Source: Octopus bimaculoides (Eukaryota). From it: DNA of 64,000 nucleotides. This document shows, in pieces, positions 14,501-27,484 of the stretch. How positions within the stretch are numbered: position 1 is the first letter of the stretch; each line of letters opens with the position of its first letter. Under the pieces are notes generated by a model. That model saw only the letters and a program-made list of their open reading frames with translations, was not told the origin of the DNA and did no database searches. The stretch is from assembly GCF_001194135.2 (NCBI RefSeq), contig NC_068987.1, positions 55,274,814 to 55,338,813 on the forward strand, in the 5' to 3' direction. Made by a program: the position numbers and the translations under genes.

Positions 14501-15532
14501 ATTGGGTGAAGTTTTAATTTAGATCACTTTAAAACAAGAAGTTAGTAATCAGGTTGGTTGGTATCAAAAAGGTAAATGAAGTGACTGAAACAAGATATTA
14601 GAGCAAAATGAAAATGGCTGAACTGACAACTGCTCAATTCTGTTAGCCATTAGCCATAGTGTTGCTGCTTAAAAATTTTGTCTATTGCTTGGTTGGAAAA
14701 GTAAAGACAGTAATTCAGACTTTTTTTGCAATCACTCCTTACAAAAAGAGACCATCCGCTTAGTTCTCCTAACCCTTTTGTTAACATAGCTCTGTTGGAA
14801 TACACTAGTTTTGTTTCAATTAATTTTGCAATTGATGAAGAATTTAGTAAACAAACTTTGTTATTATTAAGATGGTATTCAGAATATAGATTAACATGGA
14901 AATGAAATTTTGATAAGCAGTTGTAATTTAGATCCCTTTAAAACTGAAAGTTTGTATCATAGAACTGGGGGGGGGGGGCAGTCTCAGGTGAGTTTGTATC
15001 AAAAGGGCTAATCAATTGTAATAAGGCTAGACAAGGTAAATATTTAGTACTTTGAGTGATTTTTTGTTTCTGTGCTTTATTAACATATCAGGAGTTTTAT
15101 ATCCGATATGTGCTTGTAAATGATTTACTTAATCAATTTTAAAATGTGTGTTAGACTCTTAGAAAAAGTGAAAAGCTAGTTTGAATTACTGAAAGCTGCT
15201 TTCTTCTTTAATACTTAAGGAACGTAAAAAAGAAATGAGACAATAAATAGCGTATTAATTTAGTAGTGATAATGTAGTTTTATTGTGATATATGCTTTTT
15301 TGCAGTGGGGTTGTAGCTAAAAGCTTCTTTTTTGCATTTTTTTTTTTTTTTTTAGGTAAGAAAGTACTTTAGCTACTGAATTAATATTTAGGAATGTATA
15401 GTGTGTGTGTAATGTAGTGAAAAGAAAGCATAAGCACTCACAAAGGACATATTTTGTCAATAATTAGAATTTCCTACTATATCTTACAAAAGTTCTTAAC
15501 TAGTCTTTTCTTTTAAATACAATAACCTTTGT

Positions 15533-15598
15533 GTGTATAATATATATATATATATATGTATGTATATGTATGTATGTATGTATATGTATGTATGTATG

Positions 15599-15630
<32 letters not shown>

Positions 15631-15862
15631 TATGTATGTATATGTATGTATGTATGTATATATGTATATATGTATGTATGTATGTATGTATATATATGTA
15701 TGTATGTATGTATATATATGTATGTATGTATGTATGTATATATATGTATGTATGTATGTATATATATGTATGTATGTATGTATATATATGTATGTATGTA
15801 TATATGTATATATATATATGTATGTATATATGTATATATATATATGTATGTATGTATATATG

Positions 15863-15893
<31 letters not shown>

Positions 15894-16048
15894 GTGTATA
15901 TATATGTGTATGTATGTCTATATGTGTGTGTATGTATGTATATATATATATGTATGTATGTATGTATGTATATATATATGTATGTATGTATATATATATG
16001 TATGTATATATATATGTATGTATGTATATATGTGTATGTATGTATATA
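15533..16048. repeat. Compound (TATG)n/(TA)n microsatellite, about 515 bp
   Basis: Directly visible; explains the four YICM/YIHT ORFs. Confidence 0.98.
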
Positions 16049-16220
16049 TGTTTTTTTCTTTTTTGTAATCTCACTTATTTAATAAAATAGTTGACTTAAA
16101 TGTTATGAACATCAAATTGTATTTTATTTACAAATTCAAATGACTGACTGAAAAAATTCATAGAATCTTTATGTTGCTTGTTTCTTTATATTGCTAATTT
16201 CATTCATCTTCTTATCACAG

Positions 16221-16322
16221 GATTCAATACCTTTAAATGACATGGGACCTGGCTATCAAACCCTGGGAGACCAGCGAGGTCATCCAAAATTCACAAATGC
16301 TTCTGGGCCAACATCTAGTCTT
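16221..16322 (+). CDS. CTNND2: Penultimate coding exon of delta-catenin/p120-family-like gene (DSIPLNDMGPGYQTLGDQRGHPKFTNASGPTSSL)
   Basis: Branch-like CTAAT (16194-98), pyrimidine tract and CAG acceptor (16218-20), 102 nt open phase 0-0, canonical donor GTAAGT at 16323. Splices in frame to the exon at 19457. Family call rests on the downstream DSWV end; the ARM-repeat exons were not found in the window. Confidence 0.7.
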
Positions 16323-17302
16323 GTAAGTATTGAGAAAATAACTGGTTTATTTGATTTCCAATCGATTCATACATACTGATTTGGGATCAGGATCTTCCAA
16401 TTTTCTAGCAGCTATGTCAGTTTAATCAGTCTTTTTATTGAAGGAATTCTGGTTCCCTATTATTGGAAATGTTGAATCTGGAGAAATTGGAACATCAATA
16501 TTTTCTTATATTTTCTGAGTTTCTGCTGGAATATATATATATATTCCTAACAACATCTGATAGATGTGCAGTGTAACAGCATGCCTTTGATGCAAGTCTG
16601 AGGAAGTGCCTAAAACTGCAAATATTACATGATTTTTCTTCTGGATTTTCGTCTAAACTGGCATTGCAAATGGAGATAGAATGGAAACATTTGTAACTTG
16701 TAATTAAAGATGAATTTTCTTAGTTGCCTTTTTTCATTGGATATATATATAGAGAGAGAGAGAGCTTCCAATCTAAAACTGAATTTACTTAGGGAACACA
16801 TCAAATTGTTTCTGTATACTCTAAATATATTTTTTTCTGACAGTTTCCAACTATGCCTGCAAGTTTTGCTATAAACAGATGAAAACAGCTTATCAGTCTT
16901 AAATAATTGTTTTTCTTATTTTGTTTTAAGAACAGTAATCTATTTGATCTTGTGTAATAGAATATATAATGGTTTGATTGAATTCTTTTTAGTTTTCACT
17001 CCAAGGAAACCTGTGTAAGATACACAATCAATTCATTTATTTGAATTGATACTTTTTCCAATTCAAAAACAACATTCTGTTACTTCTGTCCGTGGTATTG
17101 ATGTTAACGGTATGAATTCTAAACAACTATGAGGGGACTAGCTTTAAATTTAAGTGTTTGTTAGATTCCATCTTAATGTTCTTAATCGATTATTAGAATT
17201 GTAAATCCTTTTCCTTAATAGGTGTGTTTACAATAATAATGTAAGTCTACAAATAAAAAATTTCAGCTAGCTGGCTGTTATAACTGAGTATAATTGTTAG
17301 CC

Positions 17303-17681
17303 GGAGGCGCAATGGCCCAGTGGTTAGGGCAGCAGACTCGCGGTCATAGGATCGTGGTTTCGATTACCAGATCGGGCGTTGTGAGTGTTTATTGAGCGAA
17401 AACACCTAAAGCTCCACGAAGCTCCGGCAGGGGACGGTGGCGAACCCTGCTGTACTCTTCCACCACAACTTTCTCCCACTCTTATTTCCTGTTTCTGTTG
17501 TGCCTGTAATTCAAAGGGTCAGCCTTGTCACACTGTGTCACACTGAATAACTCCGAGAACTACGTTAAGGGTACACATGTCTGTGGAGTGCTCAGCCACT
17601 TGCACGTTAATTTCACGAGCAGGCTGTTCCATTGATCGGATCGACTGGAACCCTCAACGTCGTAAGCGATGGAGTGCCAAC
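17303..17681 (+). mobile_element. Young full-length tRNA-Arg-related SINE (family D) with 11-bp TSD
   Basis: Head GGCGCAATGGCCCAGTGGTTAGGGCAG...TTCGAT; TSD AATTGTTAGCC at 17292-17302 and 17682-17692; close match to 30035-30405. Confidence 0.9.
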
Positions 17682-17993
17682 AATTGTTAGCCAGTGCTTT
17701 CTAAGTTACACTCATTAAAACAAGTTCAAATAGTCATTTTATTTACATTCTTTATTCCTGCACAAGGTTATTTAATAGTAGAATAAGCAATTGTTTAGGA
17801 CACCAAATATTGCTTGAATCACAAAAGATAAAACATTTCAGCCTTTATATCTCTCTGCTTCTGAATTTTTTAACATGATATATATTACGCAGTTTATAAC
17901 ATATCATTTAAATTTATCTTTTTATTCATGCTAGCATGTCTCTAAGAAGGTTTTTTTGTAAGAATAATTTGACCTTCAGCCATTTTTAATGCC

Positions 17994-18197
17994 TTAACCC
18001 TTTTTTGATCCCGGCCTGAGACCACCCCTGTTTCTACGATACAAACTAAATTAAAAACCTTCCATCAAAATTTCATGATAATTTATATCTCAAACACCAG
18101 CTTAATAATGACAGTTATTTCACTAGATTTTTCATTAGTCTTAAAATTAATTGAAACAAAACCAGTGTATTTCAAAAATATATAACAAAAGGATTAA
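17994..18197. mobile_element. piggyBac-like MITE
   Basis: TTAA-CCCTTTT...AAAAGGA-TTAA; internal sequence shared with 3603-3829. Confidence 0.6.
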
Positions 18198-19456
18198 TCA
18201 GGAAAACAAAGCAGGTTTATTATATTAATTTTGTTGATGTTAAGTTTGAACATATGAAAAGAAAAACATTGGTAGGATTTGGAATTCCAGAAGATTGATG
18301 ATGTTCTGATAGTAGAGATTGTGTATAATTATCAGTGTTTATAATGTTTATGAAGCAGTATGGGTGGTGACAGGAGTAGAGACTGATATGTTGGTTTGGT
18401 TCAGGTGAAGCTGGTATACACCAGGTTAGTTAAAGTTGTCTAAATCTGAAATTATTTTTAAGCACCCAATCTGGTTTCTGCTAGAGGTTATTTTTGTCAT
18501 TGTTGTTCTTTAAGGCAGTTTGAATCCAGCACCAAAAGTCAACAAAACACTGAATCTACTGCACAATTTCCATGCTGCTTTCAGTAGTATATTGTGCCAT
18601 TGTTCAAAGTTTATCTTCAGAAAGAAAAATTGATATTCTAGTTGCTTAGATCTCTTCTATACAACTACTATATAACAGACGATATTGTGTGACCAAGTAA
18701 CTCAAATTGTTTCTGTAGTTGTTTAGAAATGATTAACTCTGATTGAACAGATCTGATGAAAGATAATTCAACCATAACTGTCTTATCTTATTCAGGTTCT
18801 AGTGTATCTTGGACATCATTATCCAATGTGTTCTCATTTTTTTCTTTGAATCTTTTGATACCAACCTATTTGAGACCAGCCCGGGTTCTATTATACAAAC
18901 TTCTAGTTCTAAGGTGATATAAATAAAAAAATTTCCATCATAGTATATTAAATTATGTCTCCAACACTCTTGCTTAATAAAAATATAAAATCAGTGATTG
19001 TATGACGCTGTTTCCTTATATATTGCAAATGATGTAAACTACTGCCATGCTTATAACAAGTACTCACCACCAATGAGATCCAATACAGATCGAAACCATG
19101 TGGTCTGGTGGTCTTGAAGCAAGGGTGACAAGAGTTATCTCCCGCTTGCAATAAATACTGAGTGCAAGAAGCTCACTGAATGAACCAGCTGAAGATGTCT
19201 TCCTGGGGTTAAATGGCTGTATTGTTGTCTCTTAAAGGACAGCCACATTAAAGTGGCCATAAGCAGCAGTTATGTTGCTTACTTTGAAAATTAATTGAAA
19301 GAAAGGCTGTGTATTTCAACGGAAATATGGTGACAAAATGGTTTTAAAAAATAATCAGAAAAACATCTCAACAAAGTCCTATCTAACCCATGCAAGCATG
19401 AAAAAGTAGACACTAAATTGATGATGATGCTATATTATAATCTTATTTCTTTTCAG

Positions 19457-19615
19457 GAGCCTCAACCTTTGGCACTGGTTAACTCCCATGGTGAACCACT
19501 ATATGCACAAGTAAACAAATCTTCAGCAAGAAATGCCCAGGAGAGTTCCAACCCGACACAGAACAGTTCAGAGTATCACTTTGAAAATCCCGGAAATGCA
19601 GACTCCTGGGTTTGA
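19457..19615 (+). CDS. CTNND2: Terminal coding exon of delta-catenin/p120-family-like gene (EPQPLALVNSHGEPLYAQVNKSSARNAQESSNPTQNSSEYHFENPGNADSWV*)
   Basis: Acceptor tcttatttcttttcag, phase 0, 52 codons then TGA. C-terminal DSWV is the PDZ-binding motif of delta-catenin, ARVCF and p0071. Exon status is strong (about 0.85); orthology is less certain (about 0.6). Confidence 0.75.
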   Translation, partial: EPQPLALVNSHGEPLYAQVNKSSARNAQESSNPTQNSSEYHFENPGNADSWV

Positions 19616-19857
19616 AACTGCTTCTCTTCTCACTCCCTTTTCCTTTCCCACCAACTCACAGTTCACTGATTTATTACAACTACAACCCCAGAACACTTCG
19701 ACTGGGGAACGAGAAGTAAAATAAAAACTAAATGAAAACAACAATCACTGTGCATGATGCACTGATATACACAGACATCATTTCTACATTTCATTTATTT
19801 CATCGCCATCATCAATCATCATCAATCATCATCATCATTATTATTATTATTATTATT

Positions 19858-20228
19858 GTGGAGGCACATGGCTTAGTGGTTAGGGTGCTGAACTCATGAT
19901 CATAAGATTGTGATTTTGACTCTTGGACTGGGCGACTTGTGTTCTTGTAAAGCAGCAAGCTGACAGAATTGTTAGCACACTGGACGAAACGCTTAGTGGC
20001 ATTTCATCCACAAATTCTGCTGAGGTTGACTTTGCCTTTCATCCTTTCAGGGTCGATAAATTTAAGTACCAGTGAAACTCTGGGGTCAATGAAATCGACC
20101 CAATCCCCTTCCACCAAATTTGAGGCTTGAGCCTATAACAAGAAAGATTATTATTATTATTATCATTATTAGTTTCAAGGCAGAAAGCTGGCAGACTCAT
20201 TCGCACATTGGACAAAATGCTTAGTGAC
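19858..20228 (+). mobile_element. SINE cluster (partial family C plus family A copies), cut by a gap
   Basis: ggcacatggcttagtggttaggg head, then gctgaggttgactttgcctttcatcc core, (ATT)n tails. Confidence 0.7.
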
Positions 20229-21164
20229 NNNNNNNNNNNNNNNNNNNNNNNNNNNNNNNNNNNNNNNNNNNNNNNNNNNNNNNNNNNNNNNNNNNNNNNN
20301 NNNNNNNNNNNNNNNNNNNNNNNNNNNNNNNNNNNNNNNNNNNNNNNNNNNNNNNNNNNNNNNNNNNNNNNNNNNNNNNNNNNNNNNNNNNNNNNNNNNN
20401 NNNNNNNNNNNNNNNNNNNNNNNNNNNNNNNNNNNNNNNNNNNNNNNNNNNNNNNNNNNNNNNNNNNNNNNNNNNNNNNNNNNNNNNNNNNNNNNNNNNN
20501 NNNNNNNNNNNNNNNNNNNNNNNNNNNNNNNNNNNNNNNNNNNNNNNNNNNNNNNNNNNNNNNNNNNNNNNNNNNNNNNNNNNNNNNNNNNNNNNNNNNN
20601 NNNNNNNNNNNNNNNNNNNNNNNNNNNNNNNNNNNNNNNNNNNNNNNNNNNNNNNNNNNNNNNNNNNNNNNNNNNNNNNNNNNNNNNNNNNNNNNNNNNN
20701 NNNNNNNNNNNNNNNNNNNNNNNNNNNNNNNNNNNNNNNNNNNNNNNNNNNNNNNNNNNNNNNNNNNNNNNNNNNNNNNNNNNNNNNNNNNNNNNNNNNN
20801 NNNNNNNNNNNNNNNNNNNNNNNNNNNNNNNNNNNNNNNNNNNNNNNNNNNNNNNNNNNNNNNNNNNNNNNNNNNNNNNNNNNNNNNNNNNNNNNNNNNN
20901 NNNNNNNNNNNNNNNNNNNNNNNNNNNNNNNNNNNNNNNNNNNNNNNNNNNNNNNNNNNNNNNNNNNNNNNNNNNNNNNNNNNNNNNNNNNNNNNNNNNN
21001 NNNNNNNNNNNNNNNNNNNNNNNNNNNNNNNNNNNNNNNNNNNNNNNNNNNNNNNNNNNNNNNNNNNNNNNNNNNNNNNNNNNNNNNNNNNNNNNNNNNN
21101 NNNNNNNNNNNNNNNNNNNNNNNNNNNNNNNNNNNNNNNNNNNNNNNNNNNNNNNNNNNNNNNN
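20229..21164. other. Assembly gap
   Basis: N run. Other gaps: 28539-28604, 29385-29984, 42768-43251, 53438-53790, 57809-57818, 61507-61516, 62624-63263. Confidence 1.
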
Positions 21165-21702
21165 ATGATGGTGATATTTAGAGTTTGGTATCTGCTGAGT
21201 GCTTGGCTAATTTTACTAAGGTGTCATCAGCAGGTTTTACTCTAAGAAGAGAGAGTTGCCAACAGTCCTGCCTCCTTTTTATACACTGGAATCAAATTTG
21301 ATATAACCTTTGACCTCTGTCACATAAAAATCTCTGCTATCCAAAAGGGGAGGAACAGAATCTATGAAACTAAATAATATATACATATATATATATATAG
21401 GTGAAATGTGAAATAGTAGAAGTTGACTTGAACGGTAACCTTTATTTTAAAGTTTGGGGGTCTGGCTATGTATGTCCTCAGATAGCATTTCACTATAGAA
21501 TGCTTTCTCCTTTGAAATGCCATCTGTAGAAATTCTTAGTTAGAGATCGTCTTTAAAATAATGGTTGCAATACCAATGAACTTTCTTGAAATAGATAAAA
21601 ACATGTCAACTCTACTAAGTGGATTGAATTTTCCTTAACTTGTTCATAGTACAAATTACATGTGCACACACACACGTCTGTGTGTGTGTATGAATAATAT
21701 AA

Positions 21703-21731
21703 GTATATATATATATATATGTATGTGTATG

Positions 21732-21803
<72 letters not shown>
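21703..21803. repeat. (TA)n microsatellite
   Basis: Directly visible. Confidence 0.95.
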
Positions 21804-21808
<5 letters not shown>

Positions 21809-24800
21809 TTGCATTGATTTTCAAACTGCTCCAATCCATTGTGTTATATGGTATTGATTGATATTACAAGTGCTCTCACATTTGTGTACAGAAACAAACG
21901 AAGAATGTGTTTGTAAAATATTTTTTGATGTCATTCTTGCTTAGCCACATTACTGAAAATAGATTTAACAACAGTAGTTCAGGGGAGGGGGTGGGGGCTT
22001 GTATTATTTTTTATTACTATTATTGGTTAATATTTAAATTTTTTTATTTCTATTATTGTTCGGGTTTTTATTTTATTTTTCATGTTTTTTTTTTCAATTC
22101 TTTTTCTTTTGATTTGTGCGTGATTATATAAACAGTTTTTAAACATACAAACAGACATATATAGAGATATATAAATGTGTGTATGTTTGTGTGTAAGTGT
22201 TTACACACAAGCATACAAATTTTGTATGGCTTGGTTAAAGACCAGGTGTATACAAAGAAAAAAAATAGTTGGCAGTTTTCTAAAAGCATTCCATTTCTTT
22301 AATGTTGAGTAAGTTATTCTATGTTCTTAGTTTGTTAAAGACATTTGACAATGATCTTTCATCTCATACTCTTATAAACTGTTGATATCTTCAGTTATCC
22401 ACCCAGTGAATAAAATCTTGAAAATACCACCGCTGCCCTCACAACCAACACTTATTTCCTGTTAACAAAAAAGAAATAATAATAATGATAAATTTTTTTT
22501 TTAAATATCAACTGCAAGGAAAAATAACCTGGGAGGATGTGATGTTCATTTACCATTAAAAAAAAAAAACTGATTTTTTAATTATCTATCTTTTTGTTTT
22601 GTTTTTATATACATCCCCTTATGAAATTGCCAACTCATTCCTTTCAAAATTTGGTTTAAAACCAAAGTTAAAATATAAAAAAATAAACCAATTTACTAAC
22701 ACAATTATAATCCTAACATCCAAATCTATTTTTTGATTGATTCATATCTCAGTACTAGGAAAGAACAACATGCTCTACACATACTCATGCATGCACACAC
22801 TCTTAACAATCAGAACAATTAAATTATTATTTATTCTATTCAACAATGATTTGATATATTACTGTACAGTTGTTAATCTGTATGCTATTTAGAAATATAA
22901 TTGTACAATACACCATCCTTATTTTTATTTACAGAACATTTTGTTTGTTTTATATTTTTATTTTGCTTTTGTTTTACACTGTCTCTTTGAAGCTGTGAAA
23001 AAAATAAGGAAGTTTTTCTTATTGTAAAATATATGTAATGGCTATGTGTGAGTGTATGTCTATCTCTATGTGTCTGTATCCAATTTTCTTCTGTCTTGTT
23101 GATTTATTTAATCTGTTAACAACAAAGCTTTGATTTATTAGCACTGACTAATTCCAAGGTATATCCACCCCCTATTCTAAAATGTTAAAAAAATAGTTAT
23201 CACATGTTCTTACTTCCATGTTATTAATATTTGCATTTTGTTGTTTTAGTATTTAACAATGTCCAATAAGTTGAATTTTGTTTAACAAAGGCTAACTTGA
23301 CACATTTAAACTCTATGAATCGGTCATAAGGCGTACATTCTAACTGCTTTAAGGATGATTTTCTTTACTGCTAATACTTCAGTCTTTTGATAAATTAACT
23401 CTTTAGCATTCATTATACTAATGATGCGAGATAATATTAATGTAACATAAAAATTGAGACTCAGAAAAAGTTAATTTTGTATGTGAATTTACAGGGGATT
23501 TTCCTACTACAAAATGTAATGGTGTCAATCAACAACCAGTACAAATTGTAAAATGTTGAAATAATTTCTCAAATGACTTTCAGATTTAGATGAAGACTGA
23601 AATTAATATGAATATCTTTTAAATGTTAAGCCTAGTTGCAGCTATGCAATGGTATTATTATTGTATGGTGCATTACCTAGTTGCTTTGATATATAGACTT
23701 GTTCTTTGGCTACTGATCTGTTCTGCTCTTGCAGACCTATAGTGCTTAGATCCAAGAATTGTTTCATCACTGTCATTTTAACCACGACCAGTTCATATTT
23801 GTTAGTCTTGGCTGTCTTAAGATAGATTTAAATTAATGAAGCCCCTACTTGAAAGACAGAATTTATGGTGGAACATAAATAGTCTCATCTACTGAGTACT
23901 TAAAGAAAATTTTGTGAAATTCCATTGCTGGTTTCAACACAAATAAGTTTGGTGCTGATGCCCAGTTTATGTGGTTTTTGATGTTATCATGTTTGCAAAA
24001 CATAAGATTCTGTTGCTTAAAATGTTTGTTCCTTGTCACTGCCATATCATTTGAAAGGTAACACACTAGTTGTGGGGATATGAGGTGTAGTATATATATA
24101 TTATTAGATCATAGATTGAAGCTAGATTGTTTTTAAGTGTAACTTCATTAGATGCTTGATTATCAAACAATAAATAAATAAAATAGGCCAACAATCTATG
24201 GTTTATTGTAGACTAGAGTTGTTCAAACATATGTATGCCTAGTTTTGTGTACTTAAAGCAGAGTGGAAGAGCTGTGTACTGTACATGGCCTGATCTGAAG
24301 GCATGCAAAAGGCTCGTCAGTTCAGTTAAGAGTCAGTCTCTTAAGGAAGAGATAGCCAATGTGACCAGAATAAACCAGTAGAGAACTGTACAATATTCCA
24401 AATCTCCTGTTATATAAATGTATGTTTTCTGTATTGTTAACTAATATTTGAGATATATATATATATATATACACATATATATATAACATCAAGTATTGAG
24501 AAACAACAATGTGTATTTTGTAATTTTTATTTGTAAAAAACGGTTTCCCAAAGTAACAGAATTGAAAATCATGAATTTATATCTCAGCTGTTAGTGGCTT
24601 TGAAGTCTTCCTGTTAATTGATCTATTTGTAATTCTACAGGAAACTGTTAACTTTTCTTTTTTTTTTTTTTTATAAAAAAAATAAAGTTTATTAATTTCT
24701 GTAACATGTTACATGTTTTTCAGTTATTCCATCGACTTTGATAACTTGTGTGTAACATATGTGTGTGTACATGCATGTATGTATGCATACACAAACATAT

Positions 24801-24888
24801 GTAAGTAATAATTATTGCATACATCAACTGGATTAATCTCAAGTCTTGGCAATTCAAAGATGACCTGAACAGGGTTGTTTGGTATACC

Positions 24889-25096
24889 TTAACCCTTTAG
24901 CATTCAGATTACTTTGTCAAATGTATTAATTATCTATTACATTTTATAAAATCAATCCTGTATTATCTCATAGCTCTGAAATTTCAAAGATGTGATTGTT
25001 TAGGGTAAATGTCAGAGGCTGGATCTGGCCAGTTTGAACAAAAAGTCTGTAGAATATTTGGGCCAAATGTGGCTGATTAAAATGCTAAAGGGTTAA
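24889..25096. mobile_element. piggyBac-like MITE (200 bp)
   Basis: Perfect 12-bp TIR CCCTTTAGCATT/AATGCTAAAGGG with TTAA on both sides. Confidence 0.8.
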
Positions 25097-27018
25097 GCAA
25101 GAAGGTAGCAGCAAACTTTAGATAACTGCCCATGCTTTGCAGTTACAATTGGCACCTCAGCTCACTACTGCTGCCTCTATTTTGACCCTAATGATTAATT
25201 TCTCTACTTACAGCCAACTGTTTGTATTTAAACTTTTGTTCCTGAAGCTACATGCTTCTAGAAATGCCTCAACAGCCCATCCTTCTTAGATTTTGAGAAT
25301 CAACCAAAAAGTACTACTGCATTTGTTACTCTTTCAAATATTACTAAGTCATTTAGAAATGTGTAATTGTGATGTTTCTCTAAATATTTAGTTGCTCATA
25401 CCACAATATGTTACTGCCATGAATTCTAGATGGGTGTGCTTTTGATATTGTTGTTTGCTAAGTAGAGTGATAAATTTTGACTTTCACTCCTACTATGTGG
25501 ATTAATTCATCCATAGCATGGCACATTGAGCTGCCATAATTCAAAGGTGACACTTTAATTGAAATATCCTCTGGATTATTTTGGAAATGGTACACCTGTT
25601 TTCTCTGGCACTAAGGAAAGATTTGATTCCCTATATAGGAAGCAAAAAAAGAAAACCAGTTAAGAAACAGTATTCTTGTTTGCACCAGTGAGTTGTACTG
25701 CCTCATGGTATCTATTTACATCTTAGTGGACTGGGTATTTGAAGATGAAATGTTAGCAGCAGACACAAATTATTGAGCCTTCAGCAAGTTAGCTCTTTAA
25801 CTGTTCGGTTAACCACAATTTTTTCACTTAGGATAACTTGCCATATATTAAAGTTAAATATGAGATATTTTATATTTTATAAACTATATCTAGCACAGTT
25901 AAAATGTTGACTCCTTCAAAACCTGCTGAACATATTTGAGTTTCCATTTTTAGAGATGGTGAGAAGTTTGATTCTGGGGAAGCTTGACTGTTACTTCAGG
26001 CAGGTCAAGTTACATTAATAAAGTTTTTTTATATTTTCAGATCCATCCACTTTTTGTACATTTTAAAAAACAAAAACAGAATGATGTAAAAATCATTGAA
26101 TTAAAATTTGTGAACAGGGATTAAACCATAATTTTTTATGAATGGTTCCAAGAGTCTAACCCAGTTCTTGTAAATCTTTTTTGACTTTGTCACACATTGA
26201 AGACCAAAGAAAGAATATATATATATATATATATATATACTGGTACTCTTCAAATTCAAATGGGGAATTAAAAAAATAATTTTGAAAAAAAAAAAAAGAC
26301 TTCCTTACCTTGTTTTGTGGATCATACTTGTGTATAATAAAATTATGACCAACACATTTTTTTTAAAGATGCTTAACCATTAGAATGGATTTTCTGAAGC
26401 TTTGAATTACATTAAAAAAAAATTCATGGTGCACCCAGATGGTACCCCATCCTCAGCTTGAAATGCACTATAAGAGAACCATTAGTCTAATCCATTGTGC
26501 CAATCTGCTGACCCTCACCCATCATCCAGTTCCATTCCAAAAAAATTAACAGAATAATCCAGAATCCTTATGTATTAATGTTTCATACAAGAAGTATTTA
26601 TGTATTTGTTTAATTGTACTGTTTTTTAAAATTTTATTGTCCTATAATTTATATATAAATTAACCTAAATTTTGAATAGGGTAACTTAAATTAGTCTCCT
26701 TCAAGTGTAAAATCATGAATATAAAACAAATATATTATGCAATCTTGTATTCAGTTATGACTTGATGATGCTTGAAGTATAATCAAAAGCTATTGCATTT
26801 ACTTAAGTCTATGCTTTATTTTGAATTTTTGTGGCAAGAAAAAACACCTTTTGGCTACTCGTAGTGACTAATGAGAATGAGTGCTTATCACTCATAAATA
26901 TAAGAGAAATATTCGTTTGTGAATCAACAAGGCAACATTCACAAGTGGATCACTTGAATAATTGTAGCGATCTTCTCTACATGAAACCATTGGTTACCTT
27001 GTTAATCTACAAATATAA

Positions 27019-27078
<60 letters not shown>

Positions 27079-27265
27079 TGTATGTCTACATCAGTTACAG
27101 TGTGGAAGACAATTATTAGCCATTCAAATACTGTTGTTAACTTCAATTAAACATTTAATATTTGGTGTCAAAATTACTGGCAGTGACTGGGTCACTGCTG
27201 GTGAAACTGAGTCAGTGACCTGGTTGCAGTTAGTATGATGAAAATTTTTAACACAAAACAGATGT

Positions 27266-27484
27266 TTAACCTTTTTGATATCAACCCACCTAAAACCTCC
27301 TTATTTTCCTTTAACACAACTTCCATTCTTGAAGTAATCTGAATCAAAACCTTCTATTATAATTTTATGCAGATTTATTTTTCAAAGTACCAGATTAATA
27401 ATAAAGTTTAATTTACTTTTTATTTCATTATTTTAAAAATAAATTGAAACAAATATTTTAGAAACAAGGTAAGAAAAGGGTTAA
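27266..27484. mobile_element. piggyBac-like MITE, degenerate
   Basis: TTAA-CCTTTTTG...AAAAGGG-TTAA. Confidence 0.5.

Noticed and set aside
15496-16090. Four ORFs of 170-192 aa (YICM/YIHT repeats)
   Set aside because: They are translations of the (TATG)n/(TA)n microsatellite, which lacks stops in those frames.
17303-17380. SINE heads as tRNA genes (also 30035, 31485, 46617, 49999)
   Set aside because: Broken acceptor and anticodon stems, followed by SINE bodies and TSDs.
20208-21245. Long X-containing ORFs here and at 42682-43361, 53371-53856 and 62504-63375
   Set aside because: They run through N gaps.
24235-24381. 48-aa ORF MPSFVYLKQSGRAVYCTWPDLK...
   Set aside because: No recognisable family and weak splice context.
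27180-27223. GCAGTGAC-TGG-GTCACTGC hairpin with an alternative partner CAGTGACC
   Set aside because: An 8-bp stem is within chance expectation for 64 kb.
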